A DNA stretch of 64,000 nucleotides, taken from contig CAWAOH010000016.1 of NCBI GenBank assembly GCA_963783645.1, forward strand, positions 141,719 to 205,718, given 5' to 3'. Positions 40,092 to 51,235 of this stretch are shown here, piece after piece. The stretch comes from Candidatus Bathyarchaeota archaeon (GTDB lineage: Archaea > Thermoproteota > Bathyarchaeia > 40CM-2-53-6). How positions within the stretch are numbered: the stretch's first letter is position 1; each line of letters starts with the position of its first letter. The position numbers and the translations under genes were made by a program. The notes below the pieces were generated by a model. It did not search any database. It was not told the origin of the DNA and saw nothing but the letters and a program-made list of their open reading frames with translations.

Positions 40092-40442
40092 TCATGAGTC
40101 CTTCTTGTCACTCACCCACTTTTTGGAAAATGTCTCCAAATCTTGCTTTAGATAAGCGACTAACAATTGCCGATAAATCCTAGCTGCCGTTTCGTACTCT
40201 CTCATCTTTTCCTTTCCGAGCAAAACTCCTACAGCCTTTGCCATGGCGGGAAGAAAATAGGGTGCAAGATACATCATTCTTTTTGGGACTATTCTTTTGT
40301 TTTGCAAAACATTCTTGAATGGTTGTATCAGTTTTGGATATCTCATTGAAATAGAGTAAACTTTTCCCGAAAAAATTGGAATACAATACTCGATCTCCCT
40401 CATTACTTCTTCTCTTGCTCTTTGTGAAAAATGATCTAACAT
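40092..40442 (-). CDS. Hypothetical protein
   Basis: 116-aa ORF with no recognisable motifs. Confidence 0.3.
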   Translation of the reverse strand: MLDHFSQRAREEVMREIEYCIPIFSGKVYSISMRYPKLIQPFKNVLQNKRIVPKRMMYLAPYFLPAMAKAVGVLLGKEKMREYETAARIYRQLLVAYLKQDLETFSKKWVSDKKDS

Positions 40443-40641
40443 CTCTTATTCACCATGCAACCTTTTCGACATTCAAGCCATTGAAGGAAGCGGACGAAAC
40501 GTCTCTCGTATTGAAGCGATGTTTCTTCGGCTCTAACGGATTCACGGAATGTCTTCACGGATTCGCCAACGAGATAGGGGACTCTCGACTTTGACAATCG
40601 CATTCTTTCTCTCATTATGAGGGCAATATGTTAGCGCCGGT

Positions 40642-40968
40642 TCAAGTCAACAACTGGTTAATCTCGCGCCTGCAACCCTTGATTTTGCGTGCCCCAACGA
40701 ACCTCTTGATCGCTTTGCCATGCGAGAAGATTAGCAGTGTTGGAATGCTGATTACTTGATAGCGATCTGTGATATCCTGGTTTTCATCAACGTTGAGTCT
40801 AGCAAAAGTCATCTTCCCGCGATACTGTTCAGCCAGTCTATCAATTAACTGATCTACAGCTATGCATGGAACACACCAGTCTGCGTAAAAGTCTACTGCC
40901 AGAGGTATTTTAGAGCTAAGCGTTTGCTTGAAGGTTGCCGATTTCAATTCAACGAGTCGTTCACCCAT
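40642..40968 (-). CDS. Thioredoxin
   Basis: WCVPC active site within a thioredoxin fold (..AVDFYADWCVPCIAVDQ..ISIPTLLIF). The start was placed at internal Met MGERLVEL, giving ~108 aa. Confidence 0.75.
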   Translation of the reverse strand: MGERLVELKSATFKQTLSSKIPLAVDFYADWCVPCIAVDQLIDRLAEQYRGKMTFARLNVDENQDITDRYQVISIPTLLIFSHGKAIKRFVGARKIKGCRREINQLLT

Positions 40969-41076
40969 TTTGCGACTCCATCCACTTAGCCTGGCTGAGC
41001 AGCGGAGTGATGATGAATTCAAGAATTCTTGTGTGTGTGCGTACTATCAGACCATTCCCACAGAAATTAGGACACG

Positions 41077-41697
41077 TCAAAGTTTTTTGGCAACCACTGA
41101 CAGCACATGCCAATGCTTTCTCTTTCCACTTGTCGTTGTTCCGTCCCATTCTTTCTCGAGAAATAGTTCTTTCTTGAATCTCCGGAATGAGTTTTCAACC
41201 TGTTTGAGGGTGAGGAAGGTCATCTCCTCATCAGTCGCCCATTCGTCGTGAACTCCAAAGAAATGTCCCGCAAACCGCCCTCTTGAACGAATTGAAGCTA
41301 CGATCTTCTGCCATAGGGAATTGAAATGTTTGACAGAGCAAAACGGTAGACTCCAACTAGCGTTCACAAGGTCGCATCTGGGCAACCTGATTTCATCAAA
41401 CGGAATCACGTTGGTTGTCAATTTTGAGGAATACTTAGGAGACGCAGTTGAGCGGACCCGTTTAATGGCCTGAGGCTCACTGTCCACTGCCAGCACCTTC
41501 CAGTCGCGCTTCAACAACTCAAAGGTATCTCGACCAGCTCCACAACCTAAGTCAACAGCAAAGCGCTGTTTTTTTCGGATCGTCTCAGCCTCGAACAACC
41601 AAAGCGCAAGGCTCAGCGTGGCCGCTGGTGGACTTCTTGCGGTTTCCCTATAGTATTCGATCCAACGCGAACCTAGTTTCGTTCGTCTCGTTGGCAT
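41077..41697 (-). CDS. Class I SAM-dependent methyltransferase
   Basis: SAM motif I VDLGCGAGRDTFELL; 206 aa. Confidence 0.7.
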   Translation of the reverse strand: MPTRRTKLGSRWIEYYRETARSPPAATLSLALWLFEAETIRKKQRFAVDLGCGAGRDTFELLKRDWKVLAVDSEPQAIKRVRSTASPKYSSKLTTNVIPFDEIRLPRCDLVNASWSLPFCSVKHFNSLWQKIVASIRSRGRFAGHFFGVHDEWATDEEMTFLTLKQVENSFRRFKKELFLEKEWDGTTTSGKRKHWHVLSVVAKKL

Positions 41698-41914
41698 GCA
41701 TATTCTCTACTGTGCCTCGTTGATAGAGCTGTTGGCGCAGCGGTATTTCATGTGATGCGGGCCCGTGAATTAGCGGTTTCATGCGTGTGTGGGTCTAGTG
41801 GTGCGCACACACTAAACGACGGTTCAAATTCCACTGCTCGCACCAGCTATACCACACACACGAGGGAGTAGTAATTTTGATTTCTCAAAGTTTCAAGCGG
41901 TCAGGCGTAGCGAA

Positions 41915-42466
41915 TTGTTGAAGGTGCGATTGAAACCTCGAGACCTCACCGCCTCTGCGGTTTTCGCCGTCCTGACTTCAGTTGGCGGCTGGATTTTGAT
42001 ACCGTTACCGATAACTCCCGTTCCGTTTACCTTGCAGGTGTTTTTCGTTTTGTTATCCGGCGCTGTTCTGGGAGGAAGACTTGGAGCGTTGGCCCAGGTG
42101 ATATATTTGATGCTCGGATTGGTTGGGTTGCCGGTTTTCGCTGGCGGTGAATCTGGTCCCGGCGTATTGGTTGGACCCACGGGAGGATACTTGTTCGGGT
42201 TCGTCGCCGCAGCCTACGTGACGGGAAAGATAACTCAAACGGAGCGTTCTACACGTCTCGTATGGATGCTCTTTGCAACTCTCTCCGGCTTGTTTCCGAT
42301 TTATCTGCTTGGGGAAATCGGATTGTGGATGTGGCTCAGAAGCAGCAGTCTCCCAGTCCTGTTGATGGCTGGAGTAATTCCTTTCCTACCAGGCGACATA
42401 ATCAAGGCGATCGTTGCAGCGTACATCGCCAGTCGAAAGCAACTCAAACAACTCCTCCAACATTGA
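41915..42466 (+). CDS. bioY: Biotin transporter BioY (ECF S component)
   Basis: ILIPLPITPVPFTLQVFFVLLSGAVLGGRLGALAQVIYLMLGLVGLPVFAGGESGPGVLVGPTGGYLFGFV is the BioY signature. Confidence 0.85.
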   Translation: MLKVRLKPRDLTASAVFAVLTSVGGWILIPLPITPVPFTLQVFFVLLSGAVLGGRLGALAQVIYLMLGLVGLPVFAGGESGPGVLVGPTGGYLFGFVAAAYVTGKITQTERSTRLVWMLFATLSGLFPIYLLGEIGLWMWLRSSSLPVLLMAGVIPFLPGDIIKAIVAAYIASRKQLKQLLQH

Positions 42467-42695
42467 TAGTTCAGCTACCACTCTGAGAGATCAGAACAAC
42501 CGTTGTGGCGCTATACATGTGCGAGATTGTTTCTTGACTGAGGCATCCAGGATTCTACGAAGTAGCGTCTAACGATTTCTGTGGCGGCGAGTGCCAGGTT
42601 TAGAGGTTCTGAGGAGCGACGATTACCAAGTCTGTAGCACAACAAGAAAGCGTTCGACTCTTTTCTCTACAGCTATCGATGCTTCATTGTTAGTT

Positions 42696-43981
42696 TCATC
42701 TGTGACGCCCGCGTTTTCTTACGAGTGCCACAGTGATCGCGGCGACTCCAATAGTTCCAATTACGAGGGGAATCGTGTAATCGTCCCTCCACACTGCAGT
42801 CGCTTGGCCGGGGGTATTCATGGTTAGTGTGCAGTCAGGTTGCGCACCAGTGCAAGACCCCGCCCAGCGATCAAACACGCGACGAACCCCCAAGAAGCTC
42901 AGTAGCCCCTCCGAGAAGACTGCTGTTGGTTGCACGTTTGCGTGCGCTACTTCACCCGCGAAGTACCATCCGGATCCGTTCGTTGCTGCGTAAGGTGAGT
43001 TCACGATGAGACGGTACTGTTTCTGGTAGTTCGCAGTTTAAGGTCAAATCGTTGCCGAGGTTGATTATTCGGCTTGTAGTGTTCACGTTATCGTTCCAAC
43101 CCACAAAGAGTTCCCTCTCACCTTCCTGTCCGGGTATTTGGTCTGGGACAGCAATCTGATGTGGCCCCCAGGGAAGCAGCATTTGCACCGTTCCATTCCG
43201 ATCGGTTCGGGCTGGTGTGCCGTCAACGGTCAATTGGAAGTTTGGGAATGGGGTTATGAGAGTTAACGTGGGCTCTTTGAAGTAGAGGTCTAGTTCCGGT
43301 GATGTGGAAGTATTCTTCTCCATCGAATTGAACCATACATCGTTCATCCATGACGTGAAACCAGGCATTAATGCAAAGGAGCTGGCTGTGCCGGTTTGAA
43401 GATCGTCCCCAACATCAGCCGTAACATCCCATTGATACCATGCGTCGATCGCGCGAATCTGGTTCCCCACGTAATGCGTCATGTCAACGTGGGGCATATT
43501 ATTCCAGGTTAGCGTGCTCTCATTCCAGTCGTTACTGTCTACGTGATAGACGCGAACGCTAGCATTGTAGAATGTGGTTGTGAGATCAGCGTACAACCAG
43601 AGCGACGCATTCAGGACGCGCATGCGAAGAGATGAGCATGCTGGGGAGCACGCCTGAATACTCAAACTTCAGGAACACGTAATCCTTCCCAACTGGAATG
43701 GTGGGCATATCCTGCACTATGAGGATTAACGGAATGCTTCCCTTCATCGTTATCGTTGGAAACAGGTTGTCCGCGAACGTGTCATCACTCGGTCGGAGGC
43801 CGCACCTGAACAGTCCCGTCTGCGATTGGCATGTTCCCCAACTTGTGTTGTTCTGGGCTGAGCCTTCTCTCACCTGCCGAGAAACAGCGTCGGTAATAGG
43901 GCCAGCGATCGCATGAACAGTAGGCGCACTGCACATTACAACGAGCACTAGGGCGGCAGCGACGAGAAACCTCAATCTCAT
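42696..43981 (-). pseudogene. Secreted/anchored DNRLRE-like domain surface protein interrupted by two frame changes
   Basis: Three overlapping ORFs: signal peptide part (43586-43981; ..KDYVFLKFEYSGVLPS), middle (42952-43665; ..LWLYADLTTTFYNASVRVYHVDSNDWNESTLTWNNMP), and C-terminal TM anchor (42696-43004; IGTIGVAAITVALVRKRGRHR). Frames switch near 43586-43665 and 42952-43004. Confidence 0.5.
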
Positions 43982-44419
43982 TAGTGCTACCGAATGTCAG
44001 GCTGACTCGTCTCGGATAAAACTGTTAGCGTAACATACGTTCTACGCTATTGCACTCGCTACTTCTGACTTTGACTTTCATAATCGTACAAATACCCTTC
44101 CTACATACTTACGCAAAACATCCGTTGCGTGTGGACAGATTGCAATGTGACAACTGGTAACTTCCTTTTTTTCTGCGAGAATCCATTAGGGCAACGGCAC
44201 GTTTCAATGAAGCGAATAAACAGTCTCCTATTCTCCTTCGCCATAGTTTACTCAGTGCTCTTCGTGCTCTCAGTTCTCTTCATAGTGCCACGGTATCTTT
44301 CGGGGGACTGGCGGTTTCCTTCTCGCACTACTCACGGAAACGGAACCTGAGGGCAGACTCGTAACCTCCTTCTATTCTCCGCTCATCTGGATGCTCGCCC
44401 CTCTCACCTCAATCGGCCT

Positions 44420-45255
44420 TTGCGTTATGTCCTGGGTATCTTACAGTGCGCTCCGAAGTCGACTGAGGTTAAGAAGCTGGGTCGGCTTGGAGGTGTCTTG
44501 TTCTTCGTTGCAAGCATCCTTCCCGCAGTCTTAGTTGTGAGGGAACTACTAGTCTTCAGTCAGCTAGGCGCGGTCTTACCTGGCGTTGTAGGCGTTCTGA
44601 ACGGTTTCGTTCTCGTTCTAAAAGACCTCGTCAATCCTACGTTACTGTTGGGGCATGGAGGAGCTTGGGTTGTGCCCGTCATCATCTTCGTGGAAACAGG
44701 CCTCTTCTTCGGTTTCTTTCTTCCAGGCGATTCACTTCTCTTGACGGTTGGAGTTCTAGGGGCTGTTGGATTCGTGGATTTGACGTCGCTGATCCCAACC
44801 TCAATTATTGGAGCCATCTTGGGCGATCAGTTGGGTTATGCGATTGGTCGACGGTCGGGTGACGCCCTGGCCAGTCGATATCGGTTCGTGCGCGAAAATG
44901 TGAAACGAGCAGGCGAGTTCTATGACAAGCATGGAGGTAAAGCAGTAATGTTGGCCCGGTTTGTGCCCGTGGTGCGAACCTTCGCACCCATGGTTGCTGG
45001 GGCGGCACGAATAGTTACTCCCGGTTCACCCTCTCCAACATCGCGGGCGGAGCATTATGGGTGATAAGCGTCACACTTGCGGGCTACTTTGTGGGGCGTC
45101 AGGTCCCCGTTCTGGCTGATTACCTGGATCGCATAATCCTAGTCGTCATCATCTCATCGCCCCTAGTATGGATGCTAGCGTGGATGTGGGGGCGAACCAG
45201 GAAGGGTAATGCACCCGCCCAGACTGGGGCAAACAGGAGCATCAGGCTTCAGTAG
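44420..45255 (+). CDS. DedA/VTT-domain membrane protein, frame interrupted near 45008-45014
   Basis: ..GLFFGFFLPGDSLLLTVG..LGDQLGYAIGRRSG..HGGKAVMLARFVPVVRTFAPMVAGAARI in one frame, then SYSRFTLSNIAGGALWVISVTLAGYFVG... in another. Restoring one nucleotide, e.g. ATG for AT at gcacgaat-agttac, gives a contiguous DedA. Confidence 0.7.
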
Positions 45256-45407
45256 AGTGACCTGTTGCATTTCACGCACCATTGCGCACTAGGAGAATTC
45301 ATGACGCTGCAATTCTTGCACTCCTTCTCTCCCCGTCCTGGAATGATTGTGCAATACGGGCATGGGGTTTGCTCCGAGTATTTTCCGCATTTATTGCAGA
45401 ACGGCAT
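45249..45407 (-). CDS. Small double zinc-ribbon protein
   Basis: MPFCNKCGKYSEQTPCPYCTI..CKNCS..WCVKCN contains two CxxC..CxxC units. The start was placed at internal Met to avoid overlapping the upstream gene. Confidence 0.35.
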   Translation of the reverse strand: MPFCNKCGKYSEQTPCPYCTIIPGRGEKECKNCSVMNSPSAQWCVKCNRSLY

Positions 45408-45426
45408 ACTTCCGCCAACTCTGTTG

Positions 45427-45825
45427 CTACGCTTGCGCTCGTCGGCAGGATGGACAGAATAGCGTAGCCAGCTCCATCGGAGCATTGCAGAATTTGCATT
45501 TGGAGCCTGAACCTGAGCTACTAGCGGTCACTACTGCTCGTTCAGGCACCTTCTGTATTACTATGGTCGGGGGCGGTGGTGGAGGGAGCGGGGGTGGCTT
45601 GGCTGGTGAGATGCACAGGATGAATCCGGTTACGCACACCAAGCCGCCCAGAAGCTGAAGGATCTCAGCTCGCAGTGTAGTACCCAAATCCAACGGAATG
45701 AGTTGACTCGTAACGACATCAAAGAACATGCTCTGCGTAGCAGTAATCATGAATCCTAAGAAGAACAGGATGAATCCGGCGTAGAGCAGTACAGCTCCGG
45801 CAATGAATTTCCTGAAGGTTGCCAT
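45427..45825 (-). CDS. Membrane protein with proline-rich linker and C-terminal zinc ribbon
   Basis: Two N-terminal TM helices, PAKPPPLPPPPPPT, then CKFCNAPMELATLFCPSCRR. Confidence 0.45.
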   Translation of the reverse strand: MATFRKFIAGAVLLYAGFILFFLGFMITATQSMFFDVVTSQLIPLDLGTTLRAEILQLLGGLVCVTGFILCISPAKPPPLPPPPPPTIVIQKVPERAVVTASSSGSGSKCKFCNAPMELATLFCPSCRRAQA

Positions 45826-46125
45826 TCACACACCCGTCAGCTTCACTGTTCTTTCAGCGATTTCCTTCGCAAGTTCTTCTTTCGTCTTCCCCTCAGTCGT
45901 TATGCCGAGCGATTTCGCGGCCACAATAATGGGCTCTTGAGTAACGCTCTCAGTGGTTTTAGCGGGCGTGATCGCTCCGGTTGAGAACTCCCTGGTTGCC
46001 TTTTCGAATTCACGTTTCGCTTGACCGATCGACCTCGCGATCTCAGGGAGTTTATTCGGACCATAAAGGAAGAGCACTATGAGTATGATGGCTATGAACA
46101 GGCCTTCATATCCTACTATTGCCAA
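45826..46125 (-). CDS. tatA: Twin-arginine translocase subunit TatA/E
   Basis: N-terminal TM plus amphipathic helix (LFIAIILIVLFLYGPNKLPEIARSIGQAKREFEKA). Confidence 0.8.
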   Translation of the reverse strand: MAIVGYEGLFIAIILIVLFLYGPNKLPEIARSIGQAKREFEKATREFSTGAITPAKTTESVTQEPIIVAAKSLGITTEGKTKEELAKEIAERTVKLTGV

Positions 46126-46556
46126 ATCCGTTCAAGGTAGGGGCAGCGCCGAGTTTCCTATAAGAGCAGCGTTTGAAAACGAGGAAAGAATGTGCTGATT
46201 CCAAGATACAAGACAGACGGCATTGTAGTCAAAACCAAGACACCACGGATTCTGGGTTGCGTAAGAAGCTTAACTATCGATAGAGATCCACATCTGAAAG
46301 GCCTCGAAGGAACACGATTCATCGAGTAAACAATCTCGCCTTATAACGAATAAGGAACCTCGTCGCTGAGCACCATCCTCTGACCCCTTCCGAGAATGAA
46401 ACACTCCGCATGGACATTCATCATTTGAACTGTAGCAATCTTTTGCATTAACGTATACGATCGACACCGTCCCGTATAGACATCATGTCAAGATCACCTA
46501 TCGGTATCCCCGTGTAACAGACTGTGAATCGCCTCAAGTAACTTGGCGAGGAAGAA

Positions 46557-46832
46557 GTGCTAAAGCAGCGTAGAACTCTAGTCTTGGTAACAATAGTGCT
46601 GATATTTCTAGTTCAAATCAGACTGGGGTATAGTACCGTGCCGCTCCCCCCGATACCGCCAGGCTTCGTTGAAGTTACAGGACCACATGGCATAACTGTT
46701 CTAATCGGACCCTTAAGTCGATCTTCAACTGGAGTTTACCAGAGGGAGGTAATCCTTCCCGGTCAGCCACCCTTCATGGTCAGCACTGAACCTGGAGTAA
46801 CACCACAGGAAATCGCTAACACCTACGGCTAA
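46557..46832 (+). CDS. Hypothetical small secreted protein
   Basis: 91 aa with an N-terminal signal-like helix (LVLVTIVLIFLVQIRLG). Confidence 0.3.
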   Translation: MLKQRRTLVLVTIVLIFLVQIRLGYSTVPLPPIPPGFVEVTGPHGITVLIGPLSRSSTGVYQREVILPGQPPFMVSTEPGVTPQEIANTYG

Positions 46833-47243
46833 CCTTACAGACCTCAAAGAAGGTTCTCCTTGCAGCGGTGCGAAAGCCGCCTTAGGAATTATTTGAGAGC
46901 AGCTCCACATTTTGGGCAGAATTTCACAGTGCGCAGGGCGAAGACGCTTCCCAGAGCATCCACCTCAACCCTGTCTGCATGTCGAGATGCTTCAGCAACA
47001 ATCAATTTCCTTACCTCACCCTCATATCCTGACGGGCCATGGGCCTCAGACAATTTGGCTAGTAGTTCGGTCACGTCATACAATCTGATACATGACTCCT
47101 AATGCCTTGGAAGATTAGCTACTCATTGAACGATATGAGGGTTTATTGCGTTGTCAATCTGCCGGTGGATACTTCAACTCAGCAAACATAAAGTCCGAAC
47201 GACCTTATTCTCAGCAGAGTTTAAACTCTCCTCCCTGATTCGG

Positions 47244-48442
47244 ATGGGCATGCCATATCTTGTCTTGCGAGGATCAGTTTTCACTGGTGTGGAGTTCATC
47301 GAAGCTGGATGCGTTGTTGTAGACCAATCAACTGGTTCCATCGTCGAGGTGGGACGGAAAGGAGAGGTAAATGAACCGAAGTATAGCCCGCGTGATTGAT
47401 GTTCATGGTTCGACAATTCTCCCTGGCCTTATGGACACGCATATACATTTCTTCGGCTCAAAGAAGTACGATATGGCTGAGTGGGTTACTACGCCAGAGA
47501 CGCTCGTTGCGTTAAGGTCCGTGGCCGACACGCCGGCTACTGAGGGCCGGATTCACCACCGTGCGAGACCTCGGGAGCAAAGCTGGGACTTACCTAAGAC
47601 AGGCGGTTGAAGAAGGAATGTTCGAAGGGCCTCGAATAGTATCAGCGGCCAAGTCGCTGTCCCAGACGGGCGGAGATGACGATTTGACTATTCTTCCACT
47701 CGATATATCCGAACGCTTGTCTTACTCCTACTATTGTGACGGACCATGGGAATGTCGCAAGGCGGTTAGGAAAGTTGTTCGAGACGGTGGAGACCTCGTT
47801 AAGGTGTATGCTTCAGGCAGTATGTCTCAAGGAACTAAAGTACGCAGACAGTTCACGCTGGAGGAGCTCAAAGCGATCGTGGACGAAGCGCACTCTGTCG
47901 GATTGAAGGTTGCAGCCCACGCTTACGGGGAAGAGGCCTTGACGAATTCAGTTAAAGCAGGTGTTGACTCAATCGAACACGGTATTGGACTCACGCCGGA
48001 AATAGCGAAAGAGATGGAGAGGAAGGGGGTCTTCTATATTCCCACCCTCAGCGCTTACCTGGCTACGGCACCCACGAGAAACGAAGAACATCTCAGACTT
48101 GTCAAGAGGCACCTCACCGAGGATATGGAGTTGGCAAAACAGTTCCACCTTAAGGTTGTAGTCGGCTCAGATTTTGTTGGGTGCGACACCGAACCTCACG
48201 GGGAGAATTACAGGGAGATTGTTAACGTGGCGAAGTATTTTGGAAATAAGGAAGCTCTTGTTGCTGCAACGTCGAGAGCTGCAGAGTGTCTAGGGCTAGA
48301 AAAATCTGGATGGGTAAAGGTGGGATATGACGGGGATCTTGTTATTGCAAGAGGAAATCCGATGGAGGACGTAGAGAATCTCTCACCAAACAACATACTC
48401 TACGTAATACGGAGGGGTCAACTACACGCCATCAACGGCTGA
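47244..48442 (+). CDS. Metal-dependent amidohydrolase-family protein, interrupted by two frame changes (near 47371-47399 and 47521-47540)
   Basis: Three consecutive ORFs carry collinear amidohydrolase blocks: ..LVLRGSVFTGVEFIEAGCVVVD.., ..VIDVHGSTILPGLMDTHIHF.., and then in the next frame RRLLRAGFTTVRDLGSKAG...KVAAHAYGEEA..VDSIEHG... Confidence 0.65.
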
Positions 48443-48513
48443 TGTCGTTCAATTGACACCAATTCTTTCAGCAGTTAGTGTAACATGGTTTCTATTGAAT
48501 TCCTTACGGATTA

Positions 48514-49803
48514 CTAGTGTTTCGGTTTCAAAGCGTTAACGAGCGATTCGAGGGTTGGATCTATTTCGATCGGATTTCGGATCATTTGAAGATACTCTCT
48601 GCTGCTCTTTAGCCCCGTCCCTGTAAGCTCGCACACAACTGTATCTCCCCTGTCGATAACTCCCGTTTTCACAAGTTTTATGGCGCCAGCAACTGAGGGG
48701 GCCGCGGAGATCTCAACATACATCCCCTCTTTAGCGGCGAGTGTTTTTGCGCATTCACAGATCTCATCTTCGTTTACAGTCTCGGCTAAGCCGCCGGTTT
48801 TTCGAAGTGCCTCTAGCACGAGACTTCCTTTCGGGGGTGCTCCGACTGCGATTCCCTCTGCCATGGTTTTTGGTGATCGAACTGGGATTATGTCGTTTGC
48901 ACCTGCTCTGAAGCCGTTATAGATAGGCGCACAACCTTCAGCTTGTATGCAGACAAGTCTAGGGATTTGGTCTATCCACCCGATTCTTTGCAGCTCTTGC
49001 AGTCCTTTCGCGCATCCTACAATTCCGCTTCCTGTTCCCACCGGGAAGATTATCCAATCTGGAGGTTCCCATTTCATTTGTTCACAGATCTCGTATGCGA
49101 TTGTCTTAGTCCCCTCAATTGCGTAGGGACTAACCATGAAGCCGCAATAGTACCACCCATATTTCCTATACGCCGCCTCGATGACATCGTGAGCATCCTG
49201 ACGCAGTACCTTTCACTTTGACGACGGTCGCTCCATTAGCAGACATTTGAGCGATTTTTTCAGGTTCGGTTGTTGACGGGACGAACACATAAGCATGGAA
49301 TGCGCACTTTTGCCGCATATGCAGATAACGATGCGGCAGCGTTTCCAGTCGAATCTATGGCAACTGCATCAACTTGTAGTTCATTTGCTTTTGAGACGGC
49401 GACGGTTGATCCTCTGTCTTTGAATGAGCTGGTGGGAGCAACGTAATCAAGCTTAGCGATTAGTTTGGGACCGTCTACGAGTCTAGTAGTTTCGATAAGA
49501 GGGGTATACCCTTCTCCGAAGGTAATCTTGAACTCGCCGAACAGGCAGCGCTTTTTCATATCTCCATAATCCCTGTGCCTGTGTCCCCTGCAATTCACTT
49601 TTTTGGAACTTCTCCTGCATTAAGTCAAAATCATATTCGACTTCGAAAAGTCCGTGACACTTCGGACAAACAGAGAACCTCTCACCAGTCGAGTAAGTCG
49701 CGCCACATTTGATGCATCTCAATCCGGTTGCATACACTTCTATCTTCTCCCCCAAACACTTTCTTGAGTTTTCACGTAATAGCATCATAACTGTTGCATA
49801 CAT
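48514..49803 (-). CDS. thrC: Threonine synthase (archaeal type with N-terminal zinc ribbon), interrupted by frame changes
   Basis: Three ORFs in order: 49483-49803 (CIKCGATY..CPKCHGLFEVEYD), 49260-49598 (..SFKDRGSTVAVSKA..), 49137-48514 (..PVGTGSGIVGCAKG..). These are the PLP-enzyme fold-II motifs of ThrC. Confidence 0.7.
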
Positions 49804-49847
49804 GTTATGCTACTTGCAGAGAGCATGAGGCACCTCGGCGAGTACCT

Positions 49848-50350
49848 CTATTCTGGCGTTACTCTCCAGTTAGGTGCTGAGAATGATGTCATCAATGTCC
49901 ACGGATACGGTATGACGTCCTTGAGGCGGGGCCTTTGCCAATCGTATTCCGGATGCTTCCGGAGTAAAGTCTCTGCTTCAAACGGCATGTCGCAAGGTCT
50001 CCCCCAATGTGCCCAGAACTTTCCTTTTTCGGCTAGCTTACTATCTGTGATTTTTCCATCAAAGCACCCTCCCGGATAATATGGGCCATACTCCATTCAG
50101 GAAGCCCTCTTTCGTCTGATTCTATATGTCCGCAGATGCTGTTGCGACTTGGCATGTTAGTATTAGTGTAGACTGTCTCGATGGTCTGCAAGCAGAACCT
50201 CGCTGACCTCAGCGTCTGAGGATTGCCGTTCAAATAGTTTGAATAGGAGTACGCATATAACAAGAAACGCCTTCGAGTGACCGAAAGTTCTCCCTCCAGA
50301 GAAAGCTCAACCCAGACGCCTTCCTCAACTCTTTTCCCTTTAGACCGCAC
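49848..50350 (-). CDS. Hypothetical protein, apparently frame-interrupted (two overlapping ORFs)
   Basis: ORFs 50033-50350 and 49848-50096 overlap by 64 nt on the same strand and look like one ~165-aa protein. No family recognised. Confidence 0.3.
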
Positions 50351-50374
50351 ATCTATATTAGAGAAATCCGGCTA

Positions 50375-50785
50375 CTAGTCGGGCTTACACGTTTGCGTCA
50401 GCGTTTCTTCCATCTTCTTGAGGGTTGTGGCGATTTCCTCTAACTGTTGTGTGCTCACTATCGAATCCATCACGAGCACAACCATGTGGCTGCGCAACTG
50501 GTAGATGACTACGAGAGCCTTCTCGAATCGTCCAACCGTATAATCAAGCCGTCCACAAGACGGTTCCAAAATGTGGCCGAATGCACCGAGTACAAGGAGG
50601 GGTCCGATAGCGACGAAGTCGGTCAGCGTCTCTGGCGATAAAGGGAGACTAAATGTGCCTTTTCCTTTGCACTCAATTACAGTGTTACTAGAATCCAATA
50701 TCGCTACGTACCGGATTGCTTGATTTAATTGTAGGATTGAGTCAGCTAGAGACTTAATATCGCGTTGTCCTTTGCAGTTAACCAT
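50375..50785 (-). CDS. Roadblock/LC7-like domain protein
   Basis: ..IRYVAILDSSNTVIECKG......LVVIYQLRSHMVVLVMDS.. follows the roadblock beta-alpha-beta-beta-alpha pattern. Confidence 0.4.
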   Translation of the reverse strand: MVNCKGQRDIKSLADSILQLNQAIRYVAILDSSNTVIECKGKGTFSLPLSPETLTDFVAIGPLLVLGAFGHILEPSCGRLDYTVGRFEKALVVIYQLRSHMVVLVMDSIVSTQQLEEIATTLKKMEETLTQTCKPD

Positions 50786-51235
50786 TTACTTCAACCTACC
50801 CCTTATTGCGTCTCCTTTGGTTCTTGAAACGTGATCGCGAAGATGCAGCTTTGACTTCCCATTGATGAACATTGGGTTTCCGAGTAGGCATTCTATTCAG
50901 CCTTCCTACCTAAATATGCTTCCAAGTATCCAGCAACTATTCCACGCATCAAGTGACATACGGGTTCAAATGACGTTCGTTCATACACGAAGGGTGATCC
51001 TGAGATGCTGGTAGAGTAGATGGCTTTTCCAGCGTTTCAATCATTCTTCTGAATTGGTGGCATCTGCCCCATCCAAACGTTCCAAGAATCTCGTCAAGAA
51101 CAATACCAAGATCCTCGTCAGACTTGATTAGGTCCGAGAATGCTCGAAAGTAAGGTTTGTACCTGCATTGGTTCAGGTGCTACGTTGAGTAGCCATTAGT
51201 TGGCTGCCGCCCCATGTATTGGTTGTCGGCTCAGT

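Noticed and set aside
41787-41803. 13-nt exact direct repeat TAGTGGTGCGCAC at ~41790 and ~59614, considered as possible att sites flanking a ~17.8-kb island or a shared operator
   Set aside because: For a 64-kb sequence the expected number of chance exact 13-mer direct repeats is on the order of tens (N^2/2 / 4^13). The motif is partly a self-palindrome (GTGCGCAC), the region in between has no integrase or mobile-element genes, and its gene content is ordinary housekeeping.
41760-41850. tRNA-like T-loop string GGTTCAAATTCC followed by ..CGCACCA in the bioY/methyltransferase intergenic region
   Set aside because: I could not build a cloverleaf on either strand: no complementary acceptor or T stems, and a T at position 61 instead of C. 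It may be a partial tRNA relic, but that is not supportable by eye.
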